Shown one piece after another: positions 1-7,913 of a stretch of DNA of 33,525 bases. Each line of letters starts with the position of its first letter. Positions within the stretch are counted from its first letter, which is position 1. The DNA is from an archaeon (GTDB taxonomy: Archaea; Iainarchaeota; Iainarchaeia; Iainarchaeales; 1-14-0-10-31-34): positions 1-33,525 of the forward strand of contig JBDRIL010000036.1 of the NCBI GenBank assembly GCA_043815885.1, written 5' to 3'. The position numbers and the translations under genes are program-made. A model generated the notes under the pieces. It did no database searches and was not told the DNA's origin. It saw nothing but the letters and a program-made list of their open reading frames with translations.

Positions 1-2
1 CA

Positions 3-362
3 GAACATTATGCAGTAATAAGTGGCGGGGGAACCGCCACACTTGCCTTTAGTTGGGTAATGGATGACCATGGATTAGATGGGGGAGAGGAAGCATGGAT
101 TAAGGCAAGGTTTGGCAATGCAGGTGGGATGAATTATCTGGGAAGCAATCTGGATGGAGGAGATGATGCTGCTGATCCTGATAATGAAATTGAGTGGGAT
201 AATAATCCAAATGATCATAGTGGTTCAGAGAGTATTGATTTGAGTTCTTATATTACTGCTGCTGGAACATATTACCTTGAATTTGGGGGAAAGATTCATG
301 GATGGGGAAACAATGAGTGGCTTGAGGCAGAATTTGATAACATTAATTTAGTGATCCAGTAA
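3..362 (+). CDS. C-terminal fragment of an acidic, Gly/Asp/Asn-rich, probably extracellular protein (likely pilus-associated adhesin or large minor pilin); 5'-truncated by the window
   Basis: Frame is open from nt 3 (EHYAVISGGGTATLAFSWVMDDHG...) to TAA at 360-362, so the ATG at 60 is internal. Composition is beta-rich and acidic. The stop overlaps the ATG of the next pilin gene. Confidence 0.7.
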   Translation, partial: EHYAVISGGGTATLAFSWVMDDHGLDGGEEAWIKARFGNAGGMNYLGSNLDGGDDAADPDNEIEWDNNPNDHSGSESIDLSSYITAAGTYYLEFGGKIHGWGNNEWLEAEFDNINLVIQ

Positions 363-751
363 TGAAAGGACAGGTAACGGTTGAATTCATGATTATTCTG
401 ATTCTGTTGTTTTCTTTGTTTGGTTTTGCGTTGTTTGTTTACTCTGAACAGAACAAGGGATTAATTCATTCAAAGGAAGCATTTAATGCAAAGGCTTTAG
501 CAAAAAAATTCGGGAATTCAATTAATGCAGTTTATTTGATTGACGGAAATGCTTCTACTGAGATTCTTCTTGAGCCAGGTGATTTTAATTATTCTATTGA
601 GGGAAGGAATCTGAGGATTCATTACAGGACGAATTTCTTTTCCAATGCATTAATGACTAATCAAGTAATAGTGAATACTGATTCAAATGAAACAGGAAAG
701 GAAGTAAGGATAAGAAAGGAAGATGGAGTGATTTTTGTTGAGGATGTGTAG
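362..751 (+). CDS. minor type IV pilin-like protein (class III signal peptide)
   Basis: MKG|QVTVEF followed by a hydrophobic helix, matching the archaeal class III motif [KR]G-Q-x-x-x-E. Confidence 0.85.
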   Translation: MKGQVTVEFMIILILLFSLFGFALFVYSEQNKGLIHSKEAFNAKALAKKFGNSINAVYLIDGNASTEILLEPGDFNYSIEGRNLRIHYRTNFFSNALMTNQVIVNTDSNETGKEVRIRKEDGVIFVEDV

Positions 752-1238
752 GGGGCAGGTTTTTGCCACTGACTTTATTGTTGCATTGAGTATTTTCCTC
801 TTTGTCCTGGCATTGGCTTTGGTTCTTTCAAATAATGTTAATGTAAGGGTGAGTGAAATTGAGGAATACAATGAATTGGAGGAAGCTTCTTTCAATGCAG
901 TGAATCAATTGATTCTTTCTGGCGGAGAGCCAATTAACTGGAATCAGTTTTCTGATTTGAATGAAGTGAATTCATTGGGTTTAGCGGAAAGCAGGAATGT
1001 ACTGGATAAAAATAAAGTGGAATGGTTAGTGGACAATAATGCCTTGCAGTACAATGGAGTAAAGGAATTGCTTGGTTTAAGCAAGTATGAATTAAGGATT
1101 TCATTGCAGGACTTGAATGGAACGGAATTAAATAAAATTGGAATGGATGCTGATGAAAACAAGCAGATTATTTCAGTGGAAAGATATGTGTTGTATGACG
1201 GGAACTTATGCAAGATTAGGATTGGAGTGATTGAATGA
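744..1238 (+). CDS. minor type IV pilin-like protein (class III signal peptide)
   Basis: ATG at 744 gives MCRG|QVFATDF plus a hydrophobic helix; overlaps the upstream gene. Confidence 0.8.
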   Translation: MCRGQVFATDFIVALSIFLFVLALALVLSNNVNVRVSEIEEYNELEEASFNAVNQLILSGGEPINWNQFSDLNEVNSLGLAESRNVLDKNKVEWLVDNNALQYNGVKELLGLSKYELRISLQDLNGTELNKIGMDADENKQIISVERYVLYDGNLCKIRIGVIE

Positions 1239-1723
1239 ATGCAAAACTTTTCCGAAAAGTTTTATCAAAAAAATATTGTATGCCGAAGGCATACAATGAA
1301 AAGGGGTGGATTATTTCCTTTGATGCAGTGCTTGCATTAATGGTAATGCTTGTATTGTTTGTGGGAATTTCCTTCTATGTTTCTGGAATAAAGCATGAAA
1401 GCCTTGAAAGCATTAGGCTGCAGGAATTTACTTTTGATGTTTTAAGTGTATTGGAGAAGTCTGGAAAAATAGAGGAAGCAGTAAAGGGCAATGATGCAAC
1501 TGAATTGAAGAGGTTTATTGAGAAAACTCAAAGCCAGTACTGCCTTTCCCTTGAATTGTATTCGTCTGATGATATGGGTAATGCAGTAATTTCTGTGAAT
1601 AAGAGTGATTGTGGGGGAAAGTACAGTGAACTCGTTTCAGTGAAGAGAAGTTTTTTGGTGAAAGAAAACAGTGACCTTAACTTCTATCTTGCAAAGGCAA
1701 AGGCGTGGGTGAAAGAGGAATGA
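1235..1723 (+). CDS. minor type IV pilin-like protein with an unusually long leader peptide
   Basis: KG|WIISFDA plus a hydrophobic helix. The start at 1235 is supported by the ATGA overlap with the previous stop and by GGAGTGAT upstream. Confidence 0.8.
   Translation: MNAKLFRKVLSKKYCMPKAYNEKGWIISFDAVLALMVMLVLFVGISFYVSGIKHESLESIRLQEFTFDVLSVLEKSGKIEEAVKGNDATELKRFIEKTQSQYCLSLELYSSDDMGNAVISVNKSDCGGKYSELVSVKRSFLVKENSDLNFYLAKAKAWVKEE
1242..1298. repeat. 57-nt double-palindrome element inserted in frame in a pilin leader
   Basis: Two perfect hairpins: AAAACTTTT-CCG-AAAAGTTTT (1243-1263) and ATTGTATGCC-GAA-GGCATACAAT (1275-1297). AATG occurs at both 1238-1241 and 1295-1298. Confidence 0.75.
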
Positions 1724-2598
1724 AGAGCAAAGGATATGTGTTAACCATCAGCACATTATTGATTGTTTCAATTATATTGCTCTTTTCCGTGTTTTATTTG
1801 AGTAAAGCAGAGAAGAGTGAAAAGGCATTAAGTGAATTGGTTCCGATTGAAAAAGCCGGGTTTGTTGTTGATGACATTGCATTTGATTTGAATAAATTGC
1901 TTGAAACAGCGGTAAAGATTGAAAGGATTGATTCAAATACAAGAATTACTTTTAATGATAAACTTGCAAGTGATTTGGATAAAGAAAATGAATTAATGGA
2001 TTACCAGAATTTTTTGTATGGAGTGTATGCTGTACAGCAGAATGCAGTGATTTCAATTGATTTCAATAATTTGGTTGATGGAAAAACAGAAATGCTTTTT
2101 TCCAATGGATTACAGTATGATTATAATTACGGAGGGAGTGATGCAAATGTGCTCTTTTATGCTTCTGGAGGAGATACTAATGCAACAAGAATGGACATTA
2201 ATGTTTCAGTGAATGATTCCTCTGTTTTGCTGGAACCATGGAGTTGGGATCCTGGAGGAGATATAACCGTGAATTTATTTTATGAAGACCAGAATGCATT
2301 GAATACAGTTAATTCCAGTGGAACATTGAATTCCTCTTCACTGCACACTTACGCAATTCATTTTTCTGAAACAGTAAATGATGTATTGGAGGTATTGGTT
2401 GGAGGGATAGAAGGGCATAACGGAGGCTTTGCCTTGGTGGAGGGCATTGATAATACTTCCAGTAAAGCGAATCTAGTTTTTAGTGTTACTGCTCCTTCAA
2501 ATGATGTAAACAGCCTTTACTATTACTATAACGCTGATTTGAATTATGAACAGTTGGATGTTAATGCAAATGGCTTGATTCAAATCGGAAAAGGTTAA
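1720..2598 (+). CDS. larger minor pilin-like protein (class III-like signal peptide)
   Basis: ATG at 1720 (ATGA overlap) gives MKSKG|YVLTISTLL plus a hydrophobic helix, then an Asn/Asp/Ser-rich beta domain. Confidence 0.75.
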   Translation: MKSKGYVLTISTLLIVSIILLFSVFYLSKAEKSEKALSELVPIEKAGFVVDDIAFDLNKLLETAVKIERIDSNTRITFNDKLASDLDKENELMDYQNFLYGVYAVQQNAVISIDFNNLVDGKTEMLFSNGLQYDYNYGGSDANVLFYASGGDTNATRMDINVSVNDSSVLLEPWSWDPGGDITVNLFYEDQNALNTVNSSGTLNSSSLHTYAIHFSETVNDVLEVLVGGIEGHNGGFALVEGIDNTSSKANLVFSVTAPSNDVNSLYYYYNADLNYEQLDVNANGLIQIGKG

Positions 2599-2634
2599 AA
2601 AGGATAAGAGTTATTATTGATTGGGAAATAAAAA

Positions 2635-3219
2635 ATGGCTGCAGTAGAGGATTCGGAAGTCATTGGAAAGCTTAGGAGTGAAATAAAGGGCTTGCCAGCA
2701 GAATGGATTGTATTAGTTGAAACTCCTGGAGACAGGTTAATGGAAGTAAACACTGGAATGCTGAAGGTTCTATTGAATGAAATGGATTACTCCGGAATCT
2801 ATATTACCTTGAACAGGTCCTATGAAAATATTTCTCAGCTAATGAAGGGAAAAGGAATCAAAACAAACAACCTTTTCTTCATTGACGGAGTTACTTTGCA
2901 GAATGTTACTCCTGGCAAGGTGAAGAGAGAGGACGGAGTGGTTTATATTGAAAGCATCAGAAGCCTTACAGACATGACTATTGCTGTAACGCAATTGGTT
3001 CCAAAAATCGAGTCAAACAAAAAGTTTTTATTTCTTGACTCCCTTTCTACTTTGCTCTTGTTCAATTCGCCTGAATTGATTGGAAGGTTTTCCCATGCCT
3101 TAACAACAAAGATGAGGGCAATGGGAGTAAGCGGAGCAATAGTCTCTCTTCCAGAGGAACTTGACCCTTCCTTCAGGCAGATGCTGGGAGCATTATGTGA
3201 TAAAGTAATAAAGGTGTGA
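2635..3219 (+). CDS. degenerate KaiC/FlaH/RecA-fold protein lacking a Walker A motif
   Basis: GIYITL, FFIDGV, LFLDSLSTLL and LCDKVIKV match the RecA-like core of KaiC-family proteins; no GxxxxGK[ST]. Confidence 0.7.
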   Translation: MAAVEDSEVIGKLRSEIKGLPAEWIVLVETPGDRLMEVNTGMLKVLLNEMDYSGIYITLNRSYENISQLMKGKGIKTNNLFFIDGVTLQNVTPGKVKREDGVVYIESIRSLTDMTIAVTQLVPKIESNKKFLFLDSLSTLLLFNSPELIGRFSHALTTKMRAMGVSGAIVSLPEELDPSFRQMLGALCDKVIKV

Positions 3220-3226
3220 TTTAAAA

Positions 3227-3565
3227 ATGATTGAATTAGACTTCTTTAATATTGTGGTAACAGTTCTTGCATTGATTCTGACTATTCTTGCAGCATATTT
3301 CACTTACAATTCATACAAGAAATTCACTCCGGGAGAAATAAAGAATCTGAGCAAATGGATTCTGCTTTCAAATGTATATCTTTCCTGTTATCTTGTTACA
3401 TTGATTTTAGTCAGTCTGGATCCATTAATTGGGAATTCAAATGAACTGGTTTTTTCAGTGATTAACTTCATTGGATTGATTTTCATAATAATTGCTTCAA
3501 CGTGCATAATCAAATCTGTCTTGATTATAAAGAATCTTGCTCAGGAATTTGGATTCAATAAATAA
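3227..3565 (+). CDS. small membrane protein (about 3 TM helices)
   Basis: 112 aa with three hydrophobic segments; starts 7 nt after the previous gene. Confidence 0.7.
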   Translation: MIELDFFNIVVTVLALILTILAAYFTYNSYKKFTPGEIKNLSKWILLSNVYLSCYLVTLILVSLDPLIGNSNELVFSVINFIGLIFIIIASTCIIKSVLIIKNLAQEFGFNK

Positions 3566-3573
3566 CTTTCCTA

Positions 3574-3588
3574 TTTTTTCTTTTTTTT
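3574..3588 (+). terminator. oligo-T archaeal terminator
   Basis: TTTTTTCTTTTTTTT immediately after the stop at 3565. Confidence 0.5.
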
Positions 3589-3638
3589 GGGTTAGATTTA
3601 TTAATAGTAAATGAATAATATTTGAAGGAGAGGAAAAA

Positions 3639-5378
3639 ATGATTCTCAGGACAAAGGTAACTGAACTGGTTGAAGCATTAAAGAAAAGAAAGAAGGCTTC
3701 TTTCGGAGAGATAGCAAAGGAAATCAATTGGAATGAAGAGGCAGTGGAGGAAATAGCTAAACTGCTTGAAAAAAAAGGAGTGATTGAAGTTGATTATCCT
3801 GCAAACATGCTGTCAAAACCCACTCTTTCTTTAAAGATGGCCCCTGAAACTGAAGAAGAAAAAAAAGTTGAAGGAAAAATAATTAAAAGCTATAAATTCA
3901 CTGTTGATTTTGTTCCTGTTGAAGTAAGAATAATTGAGGAAAAAGAAGAAAGAAGGCCAATCTATTTTATTGAAGTGCCTAAGCCATGTGCCTCAACCGG
4001 ATTATGCCTGGATGTAATAAAGGAAGAGATTGCGAGAAAGATTCCGATTGATGCAGAAGAGATAAGCGACAAGAAGAAGAGCAAGGCATTAAAGGAAAGA
4101 TTCTTTAAAATAGTGAAGAAAGAATTGGAACACTACTTCCCTGGAGTAAAGGAAGAAATAATAAACCAATTGACTGGAATAATGCTTCATTCAATGTATG
4201 GGCTGGGGGAAACAGAGTTATTGATGGGGGACAATTTATTGGAGGAGATTGCAATCAATTCCTCCAAGACTCCTTTGACTGTTTATCACAGGGAATATGG
4301 GTGGATGAAGAGCAACATCCTTATGAATTCAGAAGAAGATATATTTAATTATGCTGCCCAGATTGGAAGAAAGGTTGGAAGAGAAATAACTACCCTCAAT
4401 CCAATACTTGATGCCCACTTAATTACTGGGGACAGGGTTAATGCAACTCTTTCCCCTATCTCCAGCCAGGGAAACACTATTACTATCAGAAGATTCAGCA
4501 GAAAGCCATGGACTATTACTGATTTTATTTCACCAGAAAAAAATACTATGGACAAGGAAATGGCTGCATTGCTCTGGATTGCGATACAGTATGAAATGAA
4601 TGTAATTGTTGCTGGAAGCACTGCTTCAGGAAAAACCTCCTGCCTGAATACTCTCTGCGCAATGATTCCCTCTTACCACAGGATTATTACAATAGAGGAT
4701 GTAAGGGAATTGACTCTCCCGGAATACCTTCAATGGAATTGGATTCCCCTTACCACAAGAAACCCTAATCCAGAAGGTTTGGGGGAAGTGACGATGTTTG
4801 ATTTAATGATGAGTTCTCTCAGAATGCGTCCAGACAGGATTATCTTAGGAGAGATTAGGAAAAAGAAGGAGGCAGAGGTATTGTTTGAGGCAATGCATAC
4901 AGGCCATGCAGTCTATTCCACAATGCATGCTGATTCTGCTTCACAGGTGGTTAGAAGACTGCTTGAACCACCGATAGAGGTTCCCCCTCTTGAAGTGGAA
5001 GCCCTTCACCTTGTTTTGGTTCAGTACAGGGACAGGAAAACCAACAGAAGAAGAACTTATGAATTAAGTGAAATAGAGACAGGAGTAAGTGAAGGACAAT
5101 TGAGTGTGAATACAGTGTACAGATGGCGTCCAAGAGAGGATTCATGGGAGAAGGTTGGTGTTCCGACCAAACTAATGAATGAATTGAATCTTCATACCGG
5201 AATGACTGAACAGGAAGTAATGAAGGAATTAGAGGAAAGAAAGAATATTCTTGACTGGATGCTGAAACAAAAGATTTTTGACATAAATGAAGTTGGAAAG
5301 GTAATGAAGTTTTTTTACGCTGAACCTGAAACAATAAAGAATGCTGCAATGCAAAATAAAGCTCTTTCAAAAATTTAA
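3639..5378 (+). CDS. type II/IV secretion (TadA/CpaF/FlaI-family) pilus assembly ATPase with an N-terminal winged-helix-like domain
   Basis: Walker A GSTASGKT, Asp box TIEDVREL, Walker B region LRMRPDRIILGEIR, His box MHTGH...TMHADS. Confidence 0.93.
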   Translation: MILRTKVTELVEALKKRKKASFGEIAKEINWNEEAVEEIAKLLEKKGVIEVDYPANMLSKPTLSLKMAPETEEEKKVEGKIIKSYKFTVDFVPVEVRIIEEKEERRPIYFIEVPKPCASTGLCLDVIKEEIARKIPIDAEEISDKKKSKALKERFFKIVKKELEHYFPGVKEEIINQLTGIMLHSMYGLGETELLMGDNLLEEIAINSSKTPLTVYHREYGWMKSNILMNSEEDIFNYAAQIGRKVGREITTLNPILDAHLITGDRVNATLSPISSQGNTITIRRFSRKPWTITDFISPEKNTMDKEMAALLWIAIQYEMNVIVAGSTASGKTSCLNTLCAMIPSYHRIITIEDVRELTLPEYLQWNWIPLTTRNPNPEGLGEVTMFDLMMSSLRMRPDRIILGEIRKKKEAEVLFEAMHTGHAVYSTMHADSASQVVRRLLEPPIEVPPLEVEALHLVLVQYRDRKTNRRRTYELSEIETGVSEGQLSVNTVYRWRPREDSWEKVGVPTKLMNELNLHTGMTEQEVMKELEERKNILDWMLKQKIFDINEVGKVMKFFYAEPETIKNAAMQNKALSKI

Positions 5379-5389
5379 GGAGAAAAAAA

Positions 5390-6274
5390 ATGAGAGTAAA
5401 ATTCCTGCTTTTCTCCGTTGAAAAGTCAAAAAAAATAAGTAAGAGGTTTCTGGGGATAGGGGAAAGGATTTCAAGGCTGTTCTTTGGAGTAAAGTATGAC
5501 CTTAAAAAGGCTGGACTAGAAATAGAGGCAAAGGAATACTGTGCTGCAGCATTCCTATCTGCATTAATCTATGGAATAATATTTTTTCTTTTAGGAAGCG
5601 CACTGCTTTTTTTAAGGAATGGAAGCATTGAAGGAATTTTTCCATTAAACATTGGGATTGGACTGGTTTTCTTCTTCATTTTTTTCTTTCTTCACATGAT
5701 TTATCCAGGAATAATGGCTAAAAGAATTGCTGCAGGAATTGACCAGGATCTGGTTTTTGCTTTAAAGAGTATGTTGATTCAGGTTTCTTCCGGCGTGCCC
5801 TTATTTGATTCAATGAAAAATATAGGGAGGGGAGAGTATGGTTTTGTTTCAGCTGAATTCAGAGAAACAGTTCAGGAGATTTCAAGCGGGGTGAGTGAAA
5901 CAAAGGCATTAGAGAGAATGGCCTTACGAACTAAATCAGAGTATTTAAGAAAGGCAACATGGCAGTTGATTGGTTCAATCAAGGCAGGAAGCAGTCTGGC
6001 TGGAGCAATAAATTCTGTAGTGGAAACATTAATGAATTACCAGCTTAGGGCAATAAAGAATTATGCTGCAGAACTTAATCTGTGGATACTGGTTTACTTA
6101 TTGCTTGCTGCAGCAATCCCTACACTTGGAATTACCTTCCTTATAATTCTTTCCTCTATGGGAGGGACAAATATAAGTGAACTGCATATTGGTGCAGCAA
6201 TCGGGGGTTCATTCATAATTCAAATAGTATTAATTGGTTTTGTTAAGAACAGGATTCCAAAGGTGTTTCTATGA
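5390..6274 (+). CDS. type II secretion F-family (TadB/TadC/FlaJ-like) membrane platform protein
   Basis: TM segments plus the T2SSF pattern SSGVPLFDSM...YGFVSAEF...SGVSETKALERMA; directly follows the ATPase. Confidence 0.88.
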   Translation: MRVKFLLFSVEKSKKISKRFLGIGERISRLFFGVKYDLKKAGLEIEAKEYCAAAFLSALIYGIIFFLLGSALLFLRNGSIEGIFPLNIGIGLVFFFIFFFLHMIYPGIMAKRIAAGIDQDLVFALKSMLIQVSSGVPLFDSMKNIGRGEYGFVSAEFRETVQEISSGVSETKALERMALRTKSEYLRKATWQLIGSIKAGSSLAGAINSVVETLMNYQLRAIKNYAAELNLWILVYLLLAAAIPTLGITFLIILSSMGGTNISELHIGAAIGGSFIIQIVLIGFVKNRIPKVFL

Positions 6275-7296
6275 ATAGAGTGTATGCAAGGCTTGCTGAG
6301 TTAGTGAAAGAGGAAAAAAAGGAAAAAAAGATTAAGCCAATGCTTGAGTTTGCTGGAATAGACGCTGACCTGGGTGAATGGATTGGAAAGAGACTCTTTG
6401 TTGCCTTGCTCTTTGGATTAATTGGGTTGCTTGTTCCATGGAGTGTACTGAAGTACTTTGAATTAATTGATTATTCTGTAATTTTTATTCCATTAATTCT
6501 TTCAGTTATTCTTGCGGTTGGCTTTTTTGTTTTAGTTCTGTTTTTGTATTACCTTCACCTCTATTACGCTATAGATGACAGAGTTAAAAGAGTGGAAGCA
6601 GTATTGCCGGATTTCCTGTTATTAATGGCTTCAAATATGCGCGCAGGAATGACTCCATTCCTTGCATTTAGAAGCAGCGCAAGAAAGGAATTCACTCCTT
6701 TATCAGAGGAAGTGGAGATTGCTGCCTCAAAGAGTTTAGGCACTGAAAGCTTCAGGGAAGCATTGAGTGAACTAACTAAAAGAGTTAATTCAAGGATTCT
6801 GAGAGAGACTGTTTCATTTTTTGCCCAGAGTTTGAAGAGCGGAGGGCATTTAGCTAAAATGCTTGAAACCGGCGCCAATGACATCACTAAAACACAGGAA
6901 ATGAAGAAGGAACTTATTTCAAGCACTAAAATGTATGTATTGTTTGTGGCTTTTGTGATAGTTATTGCCACGCCATTGCTTTTATCCATTTCAGTGCAGT
7001 TTCTTGAAATGATTAGCGACATTCAATCAGAGAATCCCTTGCCTGAAGGAAATGAAGCAGGGATTGGAGCAGGATTCCTTAGTTCAAAGATAAGCATTGA
7101 ACCGGAATTCATGTTTAATTCTTCTTTGGTATTGCTGTTCGGGAATGCATTGCTTGCAAGCATCTTTATCGGAATACTGAATGAAGGAAAGGGAAAGAAT
7201 GGATTGAAGTACTTTATTCCGATTCTTGCTGCATCAATTATTTTGTTCTTTGCATTCAGAAGCGTGGTTAGTGGTTTCCTGTCTTTTTTAGGATAG
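6271..7296 (+). CDS. type II secretion F-family (TadC/FlaJ-like) membrane platform protein
   Basis: LPDFLLLMASNMRAGMTP...PLSEE...SGGHLAKMLE plus TM helices. Confidence 0.9.
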   Translation: MNRVYARLAELVKEEKKEKKIKPMLEFAGIDADLGEWIGKRLFVALLFGLIGLLVPWSVLKYFELIDYSVIFIPLILSVILAVGFFVLVLFLYYLHLYYAIDDRVKRVEAVLPDFLLLMASNMRAGMTPFLAFRSSARKEFTPLSEEVEIAASKSLGTESFREALSELTKRVNSRILRETVSFFAQSLKSGGHLAKMLETGANDITKTQEMKKELISSTKMYVLFVAFVIVIATPLLLSISVQFLEMISDIQSENPLPEGNEAGIGAGFLSSKISIEPEFMFNSSLVLLFGNALLASIFIGILNEGKGKNGLKYFIPILAASIILFFAFRSVVSGFLSFLG

Positions 7297-7302
7297 TTAA
7301 AG

Positions 7303-7317
7303 GCAAAGGATTATAAA
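7303..7317 (+). promoter_or_regulatory. candidate BRE/TATA promoter of the major pilin
   Basis: Purine-rich GCAAAGGA followed by TTATAAA (7311-7317). SD GGAGG at 7364-7368 precedes ATG 7379. An alternative TATA (TTTATATA) lies at 7349-7356. Confidence 0.35.
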
Positions 7318-7378
7318 GGAAAAAGAAACTATTATTAGTAGAATTTTTTTTATATAATTTAAAGGAGGGAATAATGAA

Positions 7379-7831
7379 ATGAATGGAATAAGAGGACAAG
7401 GAACAACCGAATACCTGATCATTCTTGCAGTAATCATTGTAATTGCATTGGTTGTAGTAGGAATCATGGGCTGGGTCCCGGGACTAGGCGGAGGAATATC
7501 AGAACAGCAAAGCAAAACCTACTGGCAGGGAACTGCTCCATGGGCAATTGTCGACCATAAGATTGGTGATGGCGACCAAACATTAGTCTTGCAGAACATG
7601 ACTACAGACAGAATGGAATTAAAGAACGTCTCACTTGGAGGAACTGACTTGACTTTCACAGATGTAAACGTTGCTGGAGGAGGGACAACAACAATTGGCC
7701 CTACTAGTGATTCTATAACATGCGCTTCTAACAGCAGATTCAGTTTCGATGTAATAATAACCTATGATACAGTAAATATTGCAGGGAAAACACAGGTAGG
7801 AGACAAGGCATTAATTGGTACGTGTACTTAA
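7379..7831 (+). CDS. major type IV pilin candidate (class III signal peptide)
   Basis: MNGIRG|QGTTEYLIILAVIIVIALVVVG; Thr/Gly-rich globular domain with a Cys pair; has its own SD and terminator. Confidence 0.9.
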   Translation: MNGIRGQGTTEYLIILAVIIVIALVVVGIMGWVPGLGGGISEQQSKTYWQGTAPWAIVDHKIGDGDQTLVLQNMTTDRMELKNVSLGGTDLTFTDVNVAGGGTTTIGPTSDSITCASNSRFSFDVIITYDTVNIAGKTQVGDKALIGTCT

Positions 7832-7841
7832 ACCAATTAAC

Positions 7842-7901
7842 CTTTTTCTTTTTTTTGTTTTTGCGCCACTGCTTTTTCCAAAAGCGGTGTTTTTGTTTTT
7901 T
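7842..7901 (+). terminator. T-tracts flanking a hairpin between the convergent pilin and ribBA genes
   Basis: T-tract at 7842-7862; hairpin CACTGCTTTT-TCC-AAAAGCGGTG (7867-7889, one G-T pair); second T-tract after it. Confidence 0.6.
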
Positions 7902-7913
7902 GTAAGAATTAGA

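Noticed and set aside
362..7831. Archaellum (fla/arl) operon
   Set aside because: No archaellin or FlaF/G signatures; two separate platform genes and multiple minor pilins fit a pilus instead.
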